The translations under genes were made by a program, and so were the position numbers. This document shows, piece by piece, positions 42,339-52,972 of a stretch of DNA of 64,000 nt. Origin of the DNA: an uncultured Pseudogracilibacillus sp. (GTDB lineage: Bacteria; Bacillota; Bacilli; Bacillales; Amphibacillaceae); NCBI GenBank assembly GCA_937974845.1, contig CALJVC010000081.1:3176-67175 (forward strand), written 5' to 3'. The notes under the pieces are model-generated. The model was not told where the DNA came from. It worked only from the letters and a program-made list of their open reading frames with translations, and searched no databases. Each line of letters starts with the position of its first letter. The stretch's first letter is position 1.

Positions 42339-42685
42339 TGTATCCAATCTCTAGACCTATTTACAGTAATTCGTTCCATTATAAATAGAAAATATTTTCG
42401 TTTACAAGAAAAGCATCTACTGTATATCCGCATAAATCCTATATACAGTAATCATGTTTACTGTATATAGAAGAAAACTTTTTTATATCCTGTATACAGT
42501 AAATGCCTCTACTGTAAATAGGTTTTTTAAAAAATCTATCCTGTATACAGTAAAATCGTCTACGGTATACAGGAATTATTCCTATTTACAAAAAAGCGTT
42601 ACACTGTATACAGAAAATATTTCTATATATAAGGAGCCAAGTCCATATATATAGAAAATTTTACCGTATACAAGATGCCTTTGCC
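42339..42685. repeat. Array C: 8 tandem about 41-bp palindromic units (plus one flanking half-site) of the same family as arrays A and B
   Basis: Left half-sites start at 42358, 42399, 42440, 42491, 42542, 42583, 42624 and 42665. Right half-sites follow 21-22 bp later. The only ORF is a repeat-generated 66-aa frame. Confidence 0.9.
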
Positions 42686-42701
42686 GACCCTTCGCAAAGA
42701 T

Positions 42702-42734
42702 AAAAAAGTGTAGAAGGAGGAATTCCTTCTACAC
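42702..42734 (-). terminator. intrinsic terminator of argS (bidirectional shape)
   Basis: 11-bp stem GTGTAGAAGGA/TCCTTCTACAC flanked by A and T runs, 4 nt after the argS stop. Confidence 0.85.
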
Positions 42735-42737
42735 TTT

Positions 42738-44408
42738 TTACATTTTCTCCGGTGCAGAGACCCCGATAAGACGTAGACTATTTCCTAGGGTAATTTTTAC
42801 AGCCTTCATCAAGGCAATCCGGGCCTCTGTCAATGGTAGGTTCGCCTCATCGATAACCTTCTCCGCATTGTAAAAGCTGTGCAAGAAGCTGGCGAGGTCA
42901 AAAACATACTGGGTAATTCGATAAGGCGCCTCCCGCTCGGCCGCTTCCGCTACCACTTCTGGGAAGGAGGCGAGATGGCGTAGGAGGTCACGCTCCCGTT
43001 CAGTTGTCAGTAGGCTAGGATCGAAGGCTTCGCTAGTAGCCAATCCCTTGGCCTCTGCCTGCTTTAACATAGTACAAATTCGCGCATGGGCGTATTGAAC
43101 ATAGTACACCGGGTTTTCATTCGATTGCGAGCGGGCTAGATTCAGGTCAAAGTCTAATTGCGAATCGTTCGAACGCATGTTGAAAAAGTAACGCACCGCA
43201 TCGACACCTACATCTTCAACTAATTCCCGTAACGTAATCGCACTACCGGTCCGCTTGCTCATGCGTACAATTTCTCCGTCTTCTAAAACATTCACCATCT
43301 GAATGACGCTGACTGATAACTTTTCTTCTGGGTAGCCAAGGGCTTGGATCGCCGCAGAGATTCGCGGAATATAACCATGGTGGTCTGCACCCCAAACGTT
43401 AATAATTTTGTCAAAACCACGGGCTAACTTATTCTGGTGATAGGCAATATCCGGCGTTAAATAGGTGTAGGAGCCATCCTTCTTAATTAACACCCGATCC
43501 TTGTCATCGCCGAAAGCCGTCGACTTAAACCATGTCGCTCCGTCTTCTTCATAGACGTAGCCTCGTTCCTCTAGTTTCGCTAAAACTTGTTCAATCTGCC
43601 CGTCTTCATAAAGGGAAGATTCGGAAAACCATTGGTCAAATTCTACCCGGAAATCAGCTAAGATTTGTTTAATGCGCTCGAGCTGATAATTGAGGCCATA
43701 CTCACGAAAATAGGATAACCTCTCCGCTTCCCCTACTTCTAACCAACGGGAACCTTCCTTCTCTTTGATTTCCTCTGCAATAGCTTTAATATCTTCACCA
43801 TAATAGCCATCCTCAGGCATCGCCATCTCTTGGCCATGGGCTTCGTAATATCGAACTTCAATCGACTTGGCAAGTTGATCGATTTGGTTTCCAGCATCGT
43901 TAATATAATATTCCCGTTCCACATCATAACCAGAAAAGTCTAGGACATTGCTTAACACATCGCCAAAAACCGCTCCCCGAGCATGGCCTAAGTGGGGCTC
44001 TCCTGTCGGGTTCATGGACACGAACTCAACTTGGATTCGTTGACCCTTTCCACGATTCGTCCTTCCATAGTTCTCCTTTTCTTCTAGGATTGTTTCAACG
44101 ACGTCATTTAAATAGGCTTCATCCATAAAGAAATTAATAAAACCAGGTCCTGCAATATCTAGTTCTTTCACCTGGGCCTTGCTCGTATCAAGATGCTCGA
44201 CAATCTGCTCGGCAATTTGGCGCGGAGCCTGCCTAGCTACCCGGGCCAGTTGCATGGCAATGTTCGTTGCAAAATCTCCGTGGGCTTTTTCCCTTGGTTT
44301 TTCTAAAATAATTTCCGGTAACTCCGCTTCCGAACAAAGCTCCGCCTGCAAAATCGCCTGTTTAATCTCCGATTTTAATGTCTCTTCTATCGAACTTAAT
44401 AAGGTCAT
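42738..44408 (-). CDS. argS: arginine--tRNA ligase
   Basis: 556 aa class I synthetase with HIGH-type motif ([13 protein letters not shown]) and MSKRTG (KMSKS-like). Confidence 0.97.
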   Translation of the reverse strand: MTLLSSIEETLKSEIKQAILQAELCSEAELPEIILEKPREKAHGDFATNIAMQLARVARQAPRQIAEQIVEHLDTSKAQVKELDIAGPGFINFFMDEAYLNDVVETILEEKENYGRTNRGKGQRIQVEFVSMNPTGEPHLGHARGAVFGDVLSNVLDFSGYDVEREYYINDAGNQIDQLAKSIEVRYYEAHGQEMAMPEDGYYGEDIKAIAEEIKEKEGSRWLEVGEAERLSYFREYGLNYQLERIKQILADFRVEFDQWFSESSLYEDGQIEQVLAKLEERGYVYEEDGATWFKSTAFGDDKDRVLIKKDGSYTYLTPDIAYHQNKLARGFDKIINVWGADHHGYIPRISAAIQALGYPEEKLSVSVIQMVNVLEDGEIVRMSKRTGSAITLRELVEDVGVDAVRYFFNMRSNDSQLDFDLNLARSQSNENPVYYVQYAHARICTMLKQAEAKGLATSEAFDPSLLTTERERDLLRHLASFPEVVAEAAEREAPYRITQYVFDLASFLHSFYNAEKVIDEANLPLTEARIALMKAVKITLGNSLRLIGVSAPEKM

Positions 44409-44854
44409 AGTAATTTCTCCTCCGTATACGTTAATGTTAGATGATGGGCTTGTTCTTCTATTCCATTAATCGTTGCATCATAAGTAATGATGATCTCTCC
44501 CGCCTCTTCCTTACTCAACCTTTTAATATGCAAGGTCTTCGTACGAATATCGAAGTGAAGTGAACCATACGGATGACGGTATAAGCTTTCGGAACGCTTG
44601 CCAACTTCAAAATGTTGGTTCATCGTAATTGCGCCGGAACGCTTAATCGTAACCTTCTTATCTTGAATTGTAATGTAATTACGGATATTCCCTATATCTT
44701 CCCTTTTCTCTGTAAAGGTTATAATTTCTATCGATTCTTTACGCATATATTCTGCTGGTTGTTTAATAATAGACATTTCTTTTTCGCCATTCCGATCGAT
44801 TACGGTGCGAAGCTCTACATCGATTATTTTTTCTTCCATCACTGTTTTCCTCAC
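44405..44854 (-). CDS. ywiB: DUF1934 family protein (YwiB-like)
   Basis: 149 aa. Its stop overlaps the argS start by 4 nt, as for ywiB-argS in Bacillus. Confidence 0.75.
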   Translation of the reverse strand: MRKTVMEEKIIDVELRTVIDRNGEKEMSIIKQPAEYMRKESIEIITFTEKREDIGNIRNYITIQDKKVTIKRSGAITMNQHFEVGKRSESLYRHPYGSLHFDIRTKTLHIKRLSKEEAGEIIITYDATINGIEEQAHHLTLTYTEEKLL

Positions 44855-45067
44855 CCATTTGCATCCATTATCTTTTTATTATAGCGCTGTTTATAAACTT
44901 TTACCATTTAAGTTATATAGCTCTATTCCCATCTTACGCCTAACTAAATTTGCTCGAGAAGTTTATTATTTTTAAAAAATTACCATAATGAACAATGATA
45001 CGACATGCAGAAGTCGAATCGACAAAAATGTATTTACTGAATCTTCCTAGCAAGAGAGGCTAAGACA

Positions 45068-47098
45068 ATGATAAAACGATGTATCAAGTTTTTTACATAC
45101 TTTTTATTTCTCCTTGCTTTTTTCATCGGCTGTACCCTAGCCATTCTTTATTCTTTAGGTCCCCCACCGCTTACAGAAGAAGCGGAGGTGACAATCCTTG
45201 CATCCAACGGAGAGCCATTAACCAATACGAAAAAAAATTTACCTTCCTTAGAAGCCTTGCCTGACTACGCCCTTGAAGGCTTCCTACTTGCAGAGGATAA
45301 GCATTTTTACGCCCACTATGGCTTCGATCCTAAAGGGATTGCCCGAGCCCTTGTACGGAACCTTCAAGCCGGTAAGCTAAAGGAAGGAGCAAGCACGATT
45401 ACCCAGCAACTAGCCCGTAACCTCTATCTTTCCCATGAAAAAACATGGTCAAGGAAAATAAAGGAATTATACTACACCTTACGATTGGAAATGTTTTATG
45501 AAAAGGACGAAATCCTCCTCGCCTATTTAAATACAATCTACTTTGGCCATGGAGCTTATGGCATCGAGGAAGCGAGCTACTATTATTACCAAAAAAGCGC
45601 CCGGGACTTAAGCTTAGCCGAAGCAACGATGCTAGTCGGAATACCGAAGGGACCTACCTATTACTCCCCTTTCAATGACCGAGAAAGGGCTGAAAAAAGA
45701 CAAGCCTTTATCCTATCCCTTTTAAAAAATGAGGGCGTCATTACAGAAGCAGCGTATTACGAAGCACTCAAGGAAAAGCCCGCTTTAGCGAACAATAAAA
45801 CAAATCCCGATGACAATGTCCATTACTTTATCGACTATGTTTGGCAAGAGGCGGTCCAGGAACTAGGCTTCGAGAAGCAAAGTTTGCAAAAACGAGGAGC
45901 AACAATCGAAACTACCCTAGATCAAGATTTACAAAGAGAAAGCGATGAACTTATCCGGCAAGAAGTAGAAGATAAAGACGAGCTGGAAGTCGCCCTCCTC
46001 GCCCTCGACCAAACTACTGGTGCCATCCGGCAAATGTTAGGGGGAAAAAACTATCAAGCGAGTCCCTTTAATCGGGCCGTCGACGGAAAACGGATGGTCG
46101 GCTCAACCTTCAAACCATTACTTTATTACGCCGCTTTAGAAAATGGTTTTACAGCGACGACCATGCTCCAAAGTGAACCGACGGCCTTCCTCGTCGATAA
46201 CGACGTATATGAACCGAGTAACTACAACGATTATTACGCCTATAAACCAATCAGCCTCGCCCAAGCAATCGCCCTATCGGACAATATCTACGCCGTAAAA
46301 ACCCATCTCTTCCTCGGAGCTGAGAACGTCGTCGACTGGGCGAAGAAGTTCGGAATCTCGACACCCTTGCCTGAGGTCGCTTCCCTGGCCCTTGGAAGTG
46401 CCTCGATTCCTTTGATAGAAATGGTACAGGCCTATGCGACCATTGCTAATGGTGGCTTCCATATCGAACCCTACGCCATCGAACGTATCGTCGATGGAAA
46501 GGGACATATCCTATACGAAAGAGAAGAAGTAGAAAAGGAACGTATCTTAAAGGAGAAAAAAGCCTTCCTCCTCACCCATTTAATGACCGGAATGTTCGAC
46601 CGGCGTTTAAACGGCTATATGGAGGTGACCGGCGCCTCTTTAATCGATCAATTACAGCCTGAACATGAGTTTGCCGGTAAATCCGGTTCAACTAGTGCCG
46701 ATAGCTGGATGATCGGTTACAGTCCAAAACTCGTCGCCGGTGTATGGACCGGCTACGATGACAACCGTCCCTTGACGAAAACTTCGGAAAGGGCCCTCGC
46801 TAAGAAGGCCTGGGCGTCCCTTATGCACACATACCATGCCGAAGAAGAAGAAAGTCTCCGCTTCGAACCACCAGAAGGCCTAGTCGAAGCTGTAATCGAC
46901 GTCCACTCCGGTCTCCTAGCGACAGAGGCCTGTGAAACGACTCGAAAAACTTACTTCGAAGAAGGAACAGCCCCTACCCTGTACTGTACAGACCATCTAG
47001 CTAACCTAGAGGATGAAGATCAACGGATTGAAACTGCGAGCAAAAAGCTAGACAAGGAAGCTGTCCTTGCTAAAAAACAAAGGAAAACGAGAGAATAA
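45068..47098 (+). CDS. pbpG: class A penicillin-binding protein (GT51 transglycosylase plus transpeptidase, PbpG/YwhE-like)
   Basis: 676 aa with an N-terminal TM anchor, GT51 motifs EDKHFYAHYGFD and RKIKE, and transpeptidase motifs STFKP, SDN and KSGS. Confidence 0.9.
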   Translation: MIKRCIKFFTYFLFLLAFFIGCTLAILYSLGPPPLTEEAEVTILASNGEPLTNTKKNLPSLEALPDYALEGFLLAEDKHFYAHYGFDPKGIARALVRNLQAGKLKEGASTITQQLARNLYLSHEKTWSRKIKELYYTLRLEMFYEKDEILLAYLNTIYFGHGAYGIEEASYYYYQKSARDLSLAEATMLVGIPKGPTYYSPFNDRERAEKRQAFILSLLKNEGVITEAAYYEALKEKPALANNKTNPDDNVHYFIDYVWQEAVQELGFEKQSLQKRGATIETTLDQDLQRESDELIRQEVEDKDELEVALLALDQTTGAIRQMLGGKNYQASPFNRAVDGKRMVGSTFKPLLYYAALENGFTATTMLQSEPTAFLVDNDVYEPSNYNDYYAYKPISLAQAIALSDNIYAVKTHLFLGAENVVDWAKKFGISTPLPEVASLALGSASIPLIEMVQAYATIANGGFHIEPYAIERIVDGKGHILYEREEVEKERILKEKKAFLLTHLMTGMFDRRLNGYMEVTGASLIDQLQPEHEFAGKSGSTSADSWMIGYSPKLVAGVWTGYDDNRPLTKTSERALAKKAWASLMHTYHAEEEESLRFEPPEGLVEAVIDVHSGLLATEACETTRKTYFEEGTAPTLYCTDHLANLEDEDQRIETASKKLDKEAVLAKKQRKTRE

Positions 47099-47100
47099 GG

Positions 47101-47144
47101 CACAAAAAAACCTGTATACACAAGGTGTAACAGGTTTTTTTGTG
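47101..47144 (+). terminator. long palindromic bidirectional terminator containing one CCTGTATACA core
   Basis: CACAAAAAAACCTGTATACAC-AAG-GTGTAACAGGTTTTTTTGTG, starting 3 nt after the PBP stop. Confidence 0.8.
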
Positions 47145-47262
47145 TCCTAGTAATATTGATGGTTGTCCATGTATACTTATTTTACAAAGGGTATTCGTAA
47201 AGTACAAAGTTTTCAAACTATAATTTTATAAATGTCATAAATTGTTCACGAATTAGGTAAAA

Positions 47263-47772
47263 TTAGGAAAAGGCTTGCTTCAGTTCTTCCGAAGCATTTT
47301 CCCACATCGTTTCATCGAACGACCGCAGAAAATCGCCGAGTAAATGACGCGACTTCTCATCCATATGGTCGACGACGACTTCTCCCTTTAACGAACGCTC
47401 CATATGATTGACGTGTTCACCGAGCTTTTTATAGCCTCTTTTGTTTGGTTTATCGATCCGTAATTCACTAGCTGCAACACCGTGATAATACGGTCCCTGT
47501 TCCCCTCTTTCTACCGTTACCCAAGCGATCCAATATAATAAGCCATCCGGAACCTCGCTCCGATCGGAATAATAGCGAACCCGACGTTCGATATCACTTC
47601 TTGCATGCATCGCATCCATATCGACGTAGGCCTTCTCCTTATTCGGATCAACGATGACCGACGACATGTTTTCTAATGAGATAGAACCGACACCGAAGCC
47701 CCCGTGGCCATCGGTAGCATCATCTTTAATAATAGTAAACTGTTGTCGTTGTTTTTTCGCTTTATCTGCCAT
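47263..47772 (-). CDS. ywhD: YwhD family protein
   Basis: Conserved Bacillus protein of unknown function, next to the PBP gene as in B. subtilis. Likely start is the ATG at 47772 or 47778 behind GGAGGA. The track ORF extends to 47844. Confidence 0.75.
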   Translation of the reverse strand: MADKAKKQRQQFTIIKDDATDGHGGFGVGSISLENMSSVIVDPNKEKAYVDMDAMHARSDIERRVRYYSDRSEVPDGLLYWIAWVTVERGEQGPYYHGVAASELRIDKPNKRGYKKLGEHVNHMERSLKGEVVVDHMDEKSRHLLGDFLRSFDETMWENASEELKQAFS

Positions 47773-47903
47773 CTTCATCCTCCTTCTTCCTTTTAAACAA
47801 TTAAAGACAATGTACTTTAGTTTTATCTTACCACATTCCAGCACTTTTGTTCCTTTGACCGGCTTTCATAACCCTTTCGTTTAGGAAACTCAACGACAAA
47901 ACC

Positions 47904-49232
47904 TTAGTCCAATTCGTCCTCGAAGGACTCTTGCCCCCACTTCAATTCCTTTAAGAGAGCCATGATACGTTTTACAGCGGGATGGTCTGATTTTTCCTGA
48001 ATCATATCGAGCGGATAGTAAAGCTTATGATCCTTCCGTGTTTTTCCTGTAATCGAGTCGACGATAATTGAATGGTCCGACAGTTCCTTTTTCTTTCCAT
48101 TAGGCATTTCCAAATAAATCGGCACCCGACCCTGCCCATCAGAACGATATACATCGTAAGGCAAATCCTTCGACGAATCGACGACGAGGTAATATGTCGG
48201 GTCAATTTCCGCTTCCTTAAACAAACGATGCAACTCGTCGAAGATATCTCCATGAAACTCCGGTTCATAGGGGACATATTTAAAAAGGCGGCGGTTGACA
48301 AAGCGGTCGCTCAAATCTCGTAAAATCGGATCTTCCTCTTCCTGCCACCGTTGAAAATAGTAATAAATCACGTTTTCATCCAAGCGCAAATAGTCATCTA
48401 GGGAGACGTCCCCCTCAAAAAAAGAAGTCAAATACGTAGGGTTTACCTTGAAGGCATACCCCTTCTCATAAAGGTCCTTCACACGGTGGAAAATCTTCGT
48501 TAGTATGACCTCTGCGCTCCGCGTCACCGGATGAAAGTATACTTGCCAATACATTTGATAACGGGATAAAATATAGTCTTCTACCGCATGCATTCCTGTA
48601 GATTTTATGACGATTTCATTTTCCCGGGCCCGCATAACGCGCAGGATTCTTTCCATATCGAAGTGGCCATAGCTCACCCCTGTATAATAAGCATCCCGTA
48701 ATAAGTAATCCATCCGATCAGCATCGATTTGGCTAGAAATGAGGCTGACGACGAGCTGGTCTTCATAACTTTGATCGATAATACGGGCCACCCGCTCAGG
48801 AAAACTAGGATCTTTCGCTTTTAAAACACGATGGATTTCTGTATCTTCTAAGAGGATTCGCTTAGTAAATTGTTCATGGTTTAAATGAAAGACTTTCTCA
48901 AAGGAATGGGAAAAGGGGCCGTGGCCGACGTCGTGTAAAAGGGCAGCACTGAGGGTCACAAGCTCTTCCTCCTTATTCCAATAGGGGGAGGACTCTATCT
49001 TGTTAATAATACGACGGACGATTTCATACACCCCAAGGGAGTGGTTAAACCGACTATGTTCTGCGCCATGGAAGGTAAAAAAAGTCGTACCTAGCTGTTT
49101 AATGCGACGTAAACGTTGAAACTCTGGCGTGGCAATCAAATCCCAAATAAGCTTTTCTTTGACCCGGACATAACGATGGACCGGATCTTTGAACACTTTG
49201 ACTTCATCAAGCTCCGTTTTTTTTGTAAACAT
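47904..49232 (-). CDS. ywfO: HD domain-containing phosphohydrolase (YwfO-like, dNTP triphosphohydrolase-like fold)
   Basis: 442 aa with HD motif residues (HSRFNHSLGV, LLHDVGHGPFSH, DADRMDYLLRD). Confidence 0.85.
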   Translation of the reverse strand: MFTKKTELDEVKVFKDPVHRYVRVKEKLIWDLIATPEFQRLRRIKQLGTTFFTFHGAEHSRFNHSLGVYEIVRRIINKIESSPYWNKEEELVTLSAALLHDVGHGPFSHSFEKVFHLNHEQFTKRILLEDTEIHRVLKAKDPSFPERVARIIDQSYEDQLVVSLISSQIDADRMDYLLRDAYYTGVSYGHFDMERILRVMRARENEIVIKSTGMHAVEDYILSRYQMYWQVYFHPVTRSAEVILTKIFHRVKDLYEKGYAFKVNPTYLTSFFEGDVSLDDYLRLDENVIYYYFQRWQEEEDPILRDLSDRFVNRRLFKYVPYEPEFHGDIFDELHRLFKEAEIDPTYYLVVDSSKDLPYDVYRSDGQGRVPIYLEMPNGKKKELSDHSIIVDSITGKTRKDHKLYYPLDMIQEKSDHPAVKRIMALLKELKWGQESFEDELD

Positions 49233-49319
49233 GGACTCACCCGTTTCCTTTCATCCTTATTTCTTCATACTATATAATAGTGTACATGTTCGATTCAATT
49301 TTTTCGAAGGAGTAGACCA

Positions 49320-50168
49320 ATGGAGAAACGATCTCAAACATTATTCAACCAGCGCTCGCTCCGCCTGATCGATGACAGTTGGCGGACAGAAATCTTCGGC
49401 CAAGCTTATCAAGCGATAACATCCTTCGCCTTAGAAGATGCGATCGCTACCGCTGTCGGCAAGGAAAAGGCACCTATGTCCTTAAGGTTCTGGGTACATG
49501 ACCGAACCCTTGTCCTCGGCATCCCTGACGCCCGCCTCCCGTACTTGCAAGACGGGGTCGAATACGTCCGTTCCCTTGGCTATCATGTACTTGTTCGAAA
49601 TTCCGGAGGGTTGGCCGTCCTTCTTGATAAGCAGGTGTTAAACGTCTCCCTCCTAGTACCAAGTAGCCACTCCTTATCAATCGACGAAGGATACGATACG
49701 ATGTTCCAACTCGTTAAGGAAATATTAGAGAAAGAAGGCGTCACGATCCAAGCCTATGAAATTATCGGCTCCTATTGCCCCGGAGACTATGACCTTAGTA
49801 TCGATGGAAAAAAATTTGCTGGACTTTCCCAGCGACGTGTCCGTGAAGGTATCTCTATCCAAATGTACCTTGATGTCGCCGGTAATAGCTACGAACGGGC
49901 CGAAATAGTGAGGACCTTTTATAACCTAGCGAAAAAAGGCCAACCGACCCGTTTTACCTATCCGGAAGTAAACCCTTCCGTCATGGCTTCCTTAAGCCAG
50001 TTATTAGAAAGGAAAGTCACAGTAGAAGAGATGAAAGAAGCCTTCCTTCAGGCTCTTACTAGGAAAGGTGCCCAAATACAAAAGGGAGATTATACCGAAT
50101 ATGAAAGGGAGCTTTTTACTCAACGTATGGAGCAAATGGAGAAAAGAAATGAAATTTTACGGTTTTAA
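49320..50168 (+). CDS. lipL: lipoate-protein ligase family protein, octanoyl-[GcvH]:protein N-octanoyltransferase (LipL/YwfL-like)
   Basis: 282 aa with a BPL/LPL catalytic domain (RNSGGLAVLLD, GKKFAGLSQRR). Position corresponds to ywfL. Confidence 0.8.
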   Translation: MEKRSQTLFNQRSLRLIDDSWRTEIFGQAYQAITSFALEDAIATAVGKEKAPMSLRFWVHDRTLVLGIPDARLPYLQDGVEYVRSLGYHVLVRNSGGLAVLLDKQVLNVSLLVPSSHSLSIDEGYDTMFQLVKEILEKEGVTIQAYEIIGSYCPGDYDLSIDGKKFAGLSQRRVREGISIQMYLDVAGNSYERAEIVRTFYNLAKKGQPTRFTYPEVNPSVMASLSQLLERKVTVEEMKEAFLQALTRKGAQIQKGDYTEYERELFTQRMEQMEKRNEILRF

Positions 50169-50468
50169 GCCGGAGGAAAAAAGAGATTAAGCTTCGATAG
50201 TTTGGTTCTCCTTTATCGAGGACAATCCTCTTTTATAGACAACGGCGCTCCGGGATTTGCTCCCGGTCAACTAGAGAAAGCGTTATCAACTGAGGAAGAA
50301 AGAAGGTGAAGCACGGATGGCTTCACATTCTATATGCGGAGAAGGTCGCATACGTTCAGATGCTTATTTTCATGGATACGTAGGTAGAATCTTAAGATGC
50401 TCGGCATCGAACCTTAGCAACCTTTCCCTAATCAATATGTAGCTTACTATCAAACGTACATTAAAAAT

Positions 50469-50846
50469 TTAAAAGAAGTCTAGTACCTTTGTTAAGCCGT
50501 AGCCGAAAAATACCCAAGCGACTAAAAAGGTCACGCCACCAAAAGGAGTGATCATCGCTAAAAAGCGAGTGCCTGTCGTCGAATAAAAATAAAGGCTACC
50601 AGCAAACAATAGGGTGCCGATAATAAAGAGCCATCCCGCCCATACGAGACTCGTTAACTGATGCTTCGCTAAAAGTAATCCCGCAATAATTAAAGGAACG
50701 GTATGGAACATTTGATAGTTGACGGCTTTTTCCCAAGTTTTTAACTTCGCCTCGGTAATATTCCCTTCTAAAATATGGGCACCAAAGGCACCTAGGGCCA
50801 CCGATAGAAAACCGAAAATCGCTCCGATAATGACAAAGACTCTCAT
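50469..50846 (-). CDS. ywdK: DUF423 family membrane protein (YwdK-like)
   Basis: 125 aa with four TM helices and the GAFGAH motif. Confidence 0.8.
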   Translation of the reverse strand: MRVFVIIGAIFGFLSVALGAFGAHILEGNITEAKLKTWEKAVNYQMFHTVPLIIAGLLLAKHQLTSLVWAGWLFIIGTLLFAGSLYFYSTTGTRFLAMITPFGGVTFLVAWVFFGYGLTKVLDFF

Positions 50847-50864
50847 ATGCTTTTCTCCTTTACT

Positions 50865-51140
50865 TTAAAAATCAAAGATGGACTTAGGATCATGAATGAC
50901 TGTTTCCTCTAGCGGTTCCAAGCTAGCTTGGGATTGCTTCGGGGACAATGCTTCCTTGCTTGGCATCGTGCGTTCTTCCGGAGACAAGCTTCGGGTCTCT
51001 AAAAGCAATAACTCACATAGTAGTTTAATATTTTCTACTTCACGAAGCATAGTAGCAGAATCTTGGCCTGCATTTTTCGCCTTTGCTACATGGGCTTCGA
51101 TCTTGTTTAAAATTGTCTCACTAGAAACGTACATATACAC
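50865..51140 (-). CDS. ywdI: YwdI family small protein
   Basis: 91-aa ORF directly upstream of ywdK in the same orientation. Assignment rests mainly on synteny. Confidence 0.55.
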   Translation of the reverse strand: MYMYVSSETILNKIEAHVAKAKNAGQDSATMLREVENIKLLCELLLLETRSLSPEERTMPSKEALSPKQSQASLEPLEETVIHDPKSIFDF

Positions 51141-51177
51141 TCACACCCTTTGATAAATAGTCCCTACGAAACAGTCA

Positions 51178-51217
51178 TAAGAAAATAAGTTTTATCTACT
51201 AGGCAGATAAAACTTAT
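51178..51217 (-). terminator. AT-rich hairpin terminator after aspA (bidirectional shape)
   Basis: 13-bp stem ATAAGTTTTATCT/AGATAAAACTTAT with T-rich flanks on both strands. Confidence 0.5.
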
Positions 51218-51306
51218 ACTTCTTTTTTTATTTTACTATGTTTCTTTCCTTTAGGGAAATGGTTACCCTTGAGAAGGGAAGGCATCCCCTTCCCTACCCA
51301 TAGCAA

Positions 51307-52746
51307 CTACTTACTGCTGTTAGAATTTTCCTTTAGTAAGGCTTCTCCAGCAATGCCTGGCTCTGTCATTTCGAGCGGATCTAATATTTGATCCACAACG
51401 TTCTCAGGTAAAATGTTATCCCGGATAATAATTTCTCGTACTTGCGTTCCGGTTTCTAGAGCTTCTTTAGCCACTTTAGAAGCTGTCTCATAACCGACGT
51501 GTGGGTTTAAGGCCGTTATAATACCTACACTGTTGTCGACATAGGCCTTACAGACGTCTTCATTGGCCTGAATACCTTCGATACAATCTTTACGGAAGGT
51601 ATCTAAGACATTCGTCATCGCCCGGATGGACTGTTGTAAGTTGTATACGAGCACTGGCTCCATTACGTTTAACTCAAATTGCCCCGCTTCCGCTGCCATC
51701 GAAACCGTTAAATCATTGCCGGCAACTTGGAAGGCTACTTGGTTAACTACTTCACAAATAACCGGGTTAATTTTCCCTGGCATGATAGAAGACCCAGGTT
51801 GTTTAGCCGGTACGATAATTTCACCAAACCCTGCGCGCGGACCAGAAGACATTAGTCGTAAGTCGTTAGAGATTTTCGAAATATTTAACATACAAATCTT
51901 CAAGGCACTAGAAGTTTGCATATAAGCATCGGCACTTTGGGTCGCATCGACAAGGTTTTCCGCATTTACAATCGGTAACCCTGTTAATTGCTGTAACGTT
52001 TCAACAGCCTTCGCTACATACTGAGGATTCGCATTTAATCCTGTACCAACGGCCGTTGCGCCTAAATTGACTTCTACTAAGGCTTCACGTAAACGACTGA
52101 TTCGTTTAATATCCCGTGAAAGGATCGACTCATAGGCTTTAAATTCCTGCCCGAGACGGATCGGTACCGCATCTTGTAAATGGGTCCGACCCATTTTGAT
52201 GACCGTATCGAACTCCTCGGCCTTTTTAGCAAGGGCGCCTTGTAAATTCTCTAGGACATCGACGAGGCGGTCGATCGAATGAAGAAGAGCAATCCGAATG
52301 GCTGTCGGTACCGCATCGTTCGTCGACTGCGACATATTCACGTGGGTATTCGGATGTACCGTATCATAGGCTCCCTTTGGTTTACCTAATATTTCAAGGG
52401 CTCGGTTCGCAATAACTTCGTTAGCATTCATATTCGTCGAAGTACCGGCACCGCCTTGAATTGGATCAACGATAAATTGATCGTGTAATTTCCCAGCAAT
52501 AATATCATCCGCTGCCTGAACGATCGCCTTACCAATCTTCTCGTCGAGCGTACCTACATCCATATTGGCGATAGCTGCAGCTTTTTTTACTTGCGCTAAG
52601 GCGACGATTAAATCCCGATCAAGCCTGTGACCGGTAATGTTAAAGTTTTCCTTTGCTCTTATCGTTTGAATCCCATAGTATGCTTCGGCTGGAACTTCTT
52701 TTTTTCCTAATAAGTCTTCTTCGACACGAGTTTGGTTAACGACCAT
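51307..52746 (-). CDS. aspA: aspartate ammonia-lyase
   Basis: 479 aa fumarate-lyase family with GSSIMPGKINP signature and N-terminal similarity to aspartases (DPIQGGAGTSTNMNANEV). Confidence 0.9.
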   Translation of the reverse strand: MVVNQTRVEEDLLGKKEVPAEAYYGIQTIRAKENFNITGHRLDRDLIVALAQVKKAAAIANMDVGTLDEKIGKAIVQAADDIIAGKLHDQFIVDPIQGGAGTSTNMNANEVIANRALEILGKPKGAYDTVHPNTHVNMSQSTNDAVPTAIRIALLHSIDRLVDVLENLQGALAKKAEEFDTVIKMGRTHLQDAVPIRLGQEFKAYESILSRDIKRISRLREALVEVNLGATAVGTGLNANPQYVAKAVETLQQLTGLPIVNAENLVDATQSADAYMQTSSALKICMLNISKISNDLRLMSSGPRAGFGEIIVPAKQPGSSIMPGKINPVICEVVNQVAFQVAGNDLTVSMAAEAGQFELNVMEPVLVYNLQQSIRAMTNVLDTFRKDCIEGIQANEDVCKAYVDNSVGIITALNPHVGYETASKVAKEALETGTQVREIIIRDNILPENVVDQILDPLEMTEPGIAGEALLKENSNSSK

Positions 52747-52862
52747 CTTTGAAAACTCCTCCTAATATGAGGCCTATGTAAGCCCCATTCTACAATTGTT
52801 TTATCTTGCATTCCTATATTATTCGAAACAGTCTAACACTTTCTACAATTAATATACCCTTG

Positions 52863-52891
52863 ATTATATTTTTATCCCCAAAAGTTGTCAA
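52863..52891 (-). promoter_or_regulatory. consensus sigma-A promoter upstream of aspA
   Basis: Minus strand TTGACA (52891..52886), 17 nt spacer, TATAAT (52868..52863). Confidence 0.6.
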
Positions 52892-52972
52892 CATGTATGG
52901 TAGTGAAAATTTTGTTACAATACCTGGTTATTCTAAGGCTATACCTCTTATTTTAGCTGATTTCTAGAAGCT

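Noticed and set aside
47904-49232. The HD-domain dNTPase-like protein as a possible anti-phage defence gene.
   Set aside because: It occupies the conserved ywfO position in a housekeeping synteny block. No partner defence genes, mobile elements or compositional break surround it.
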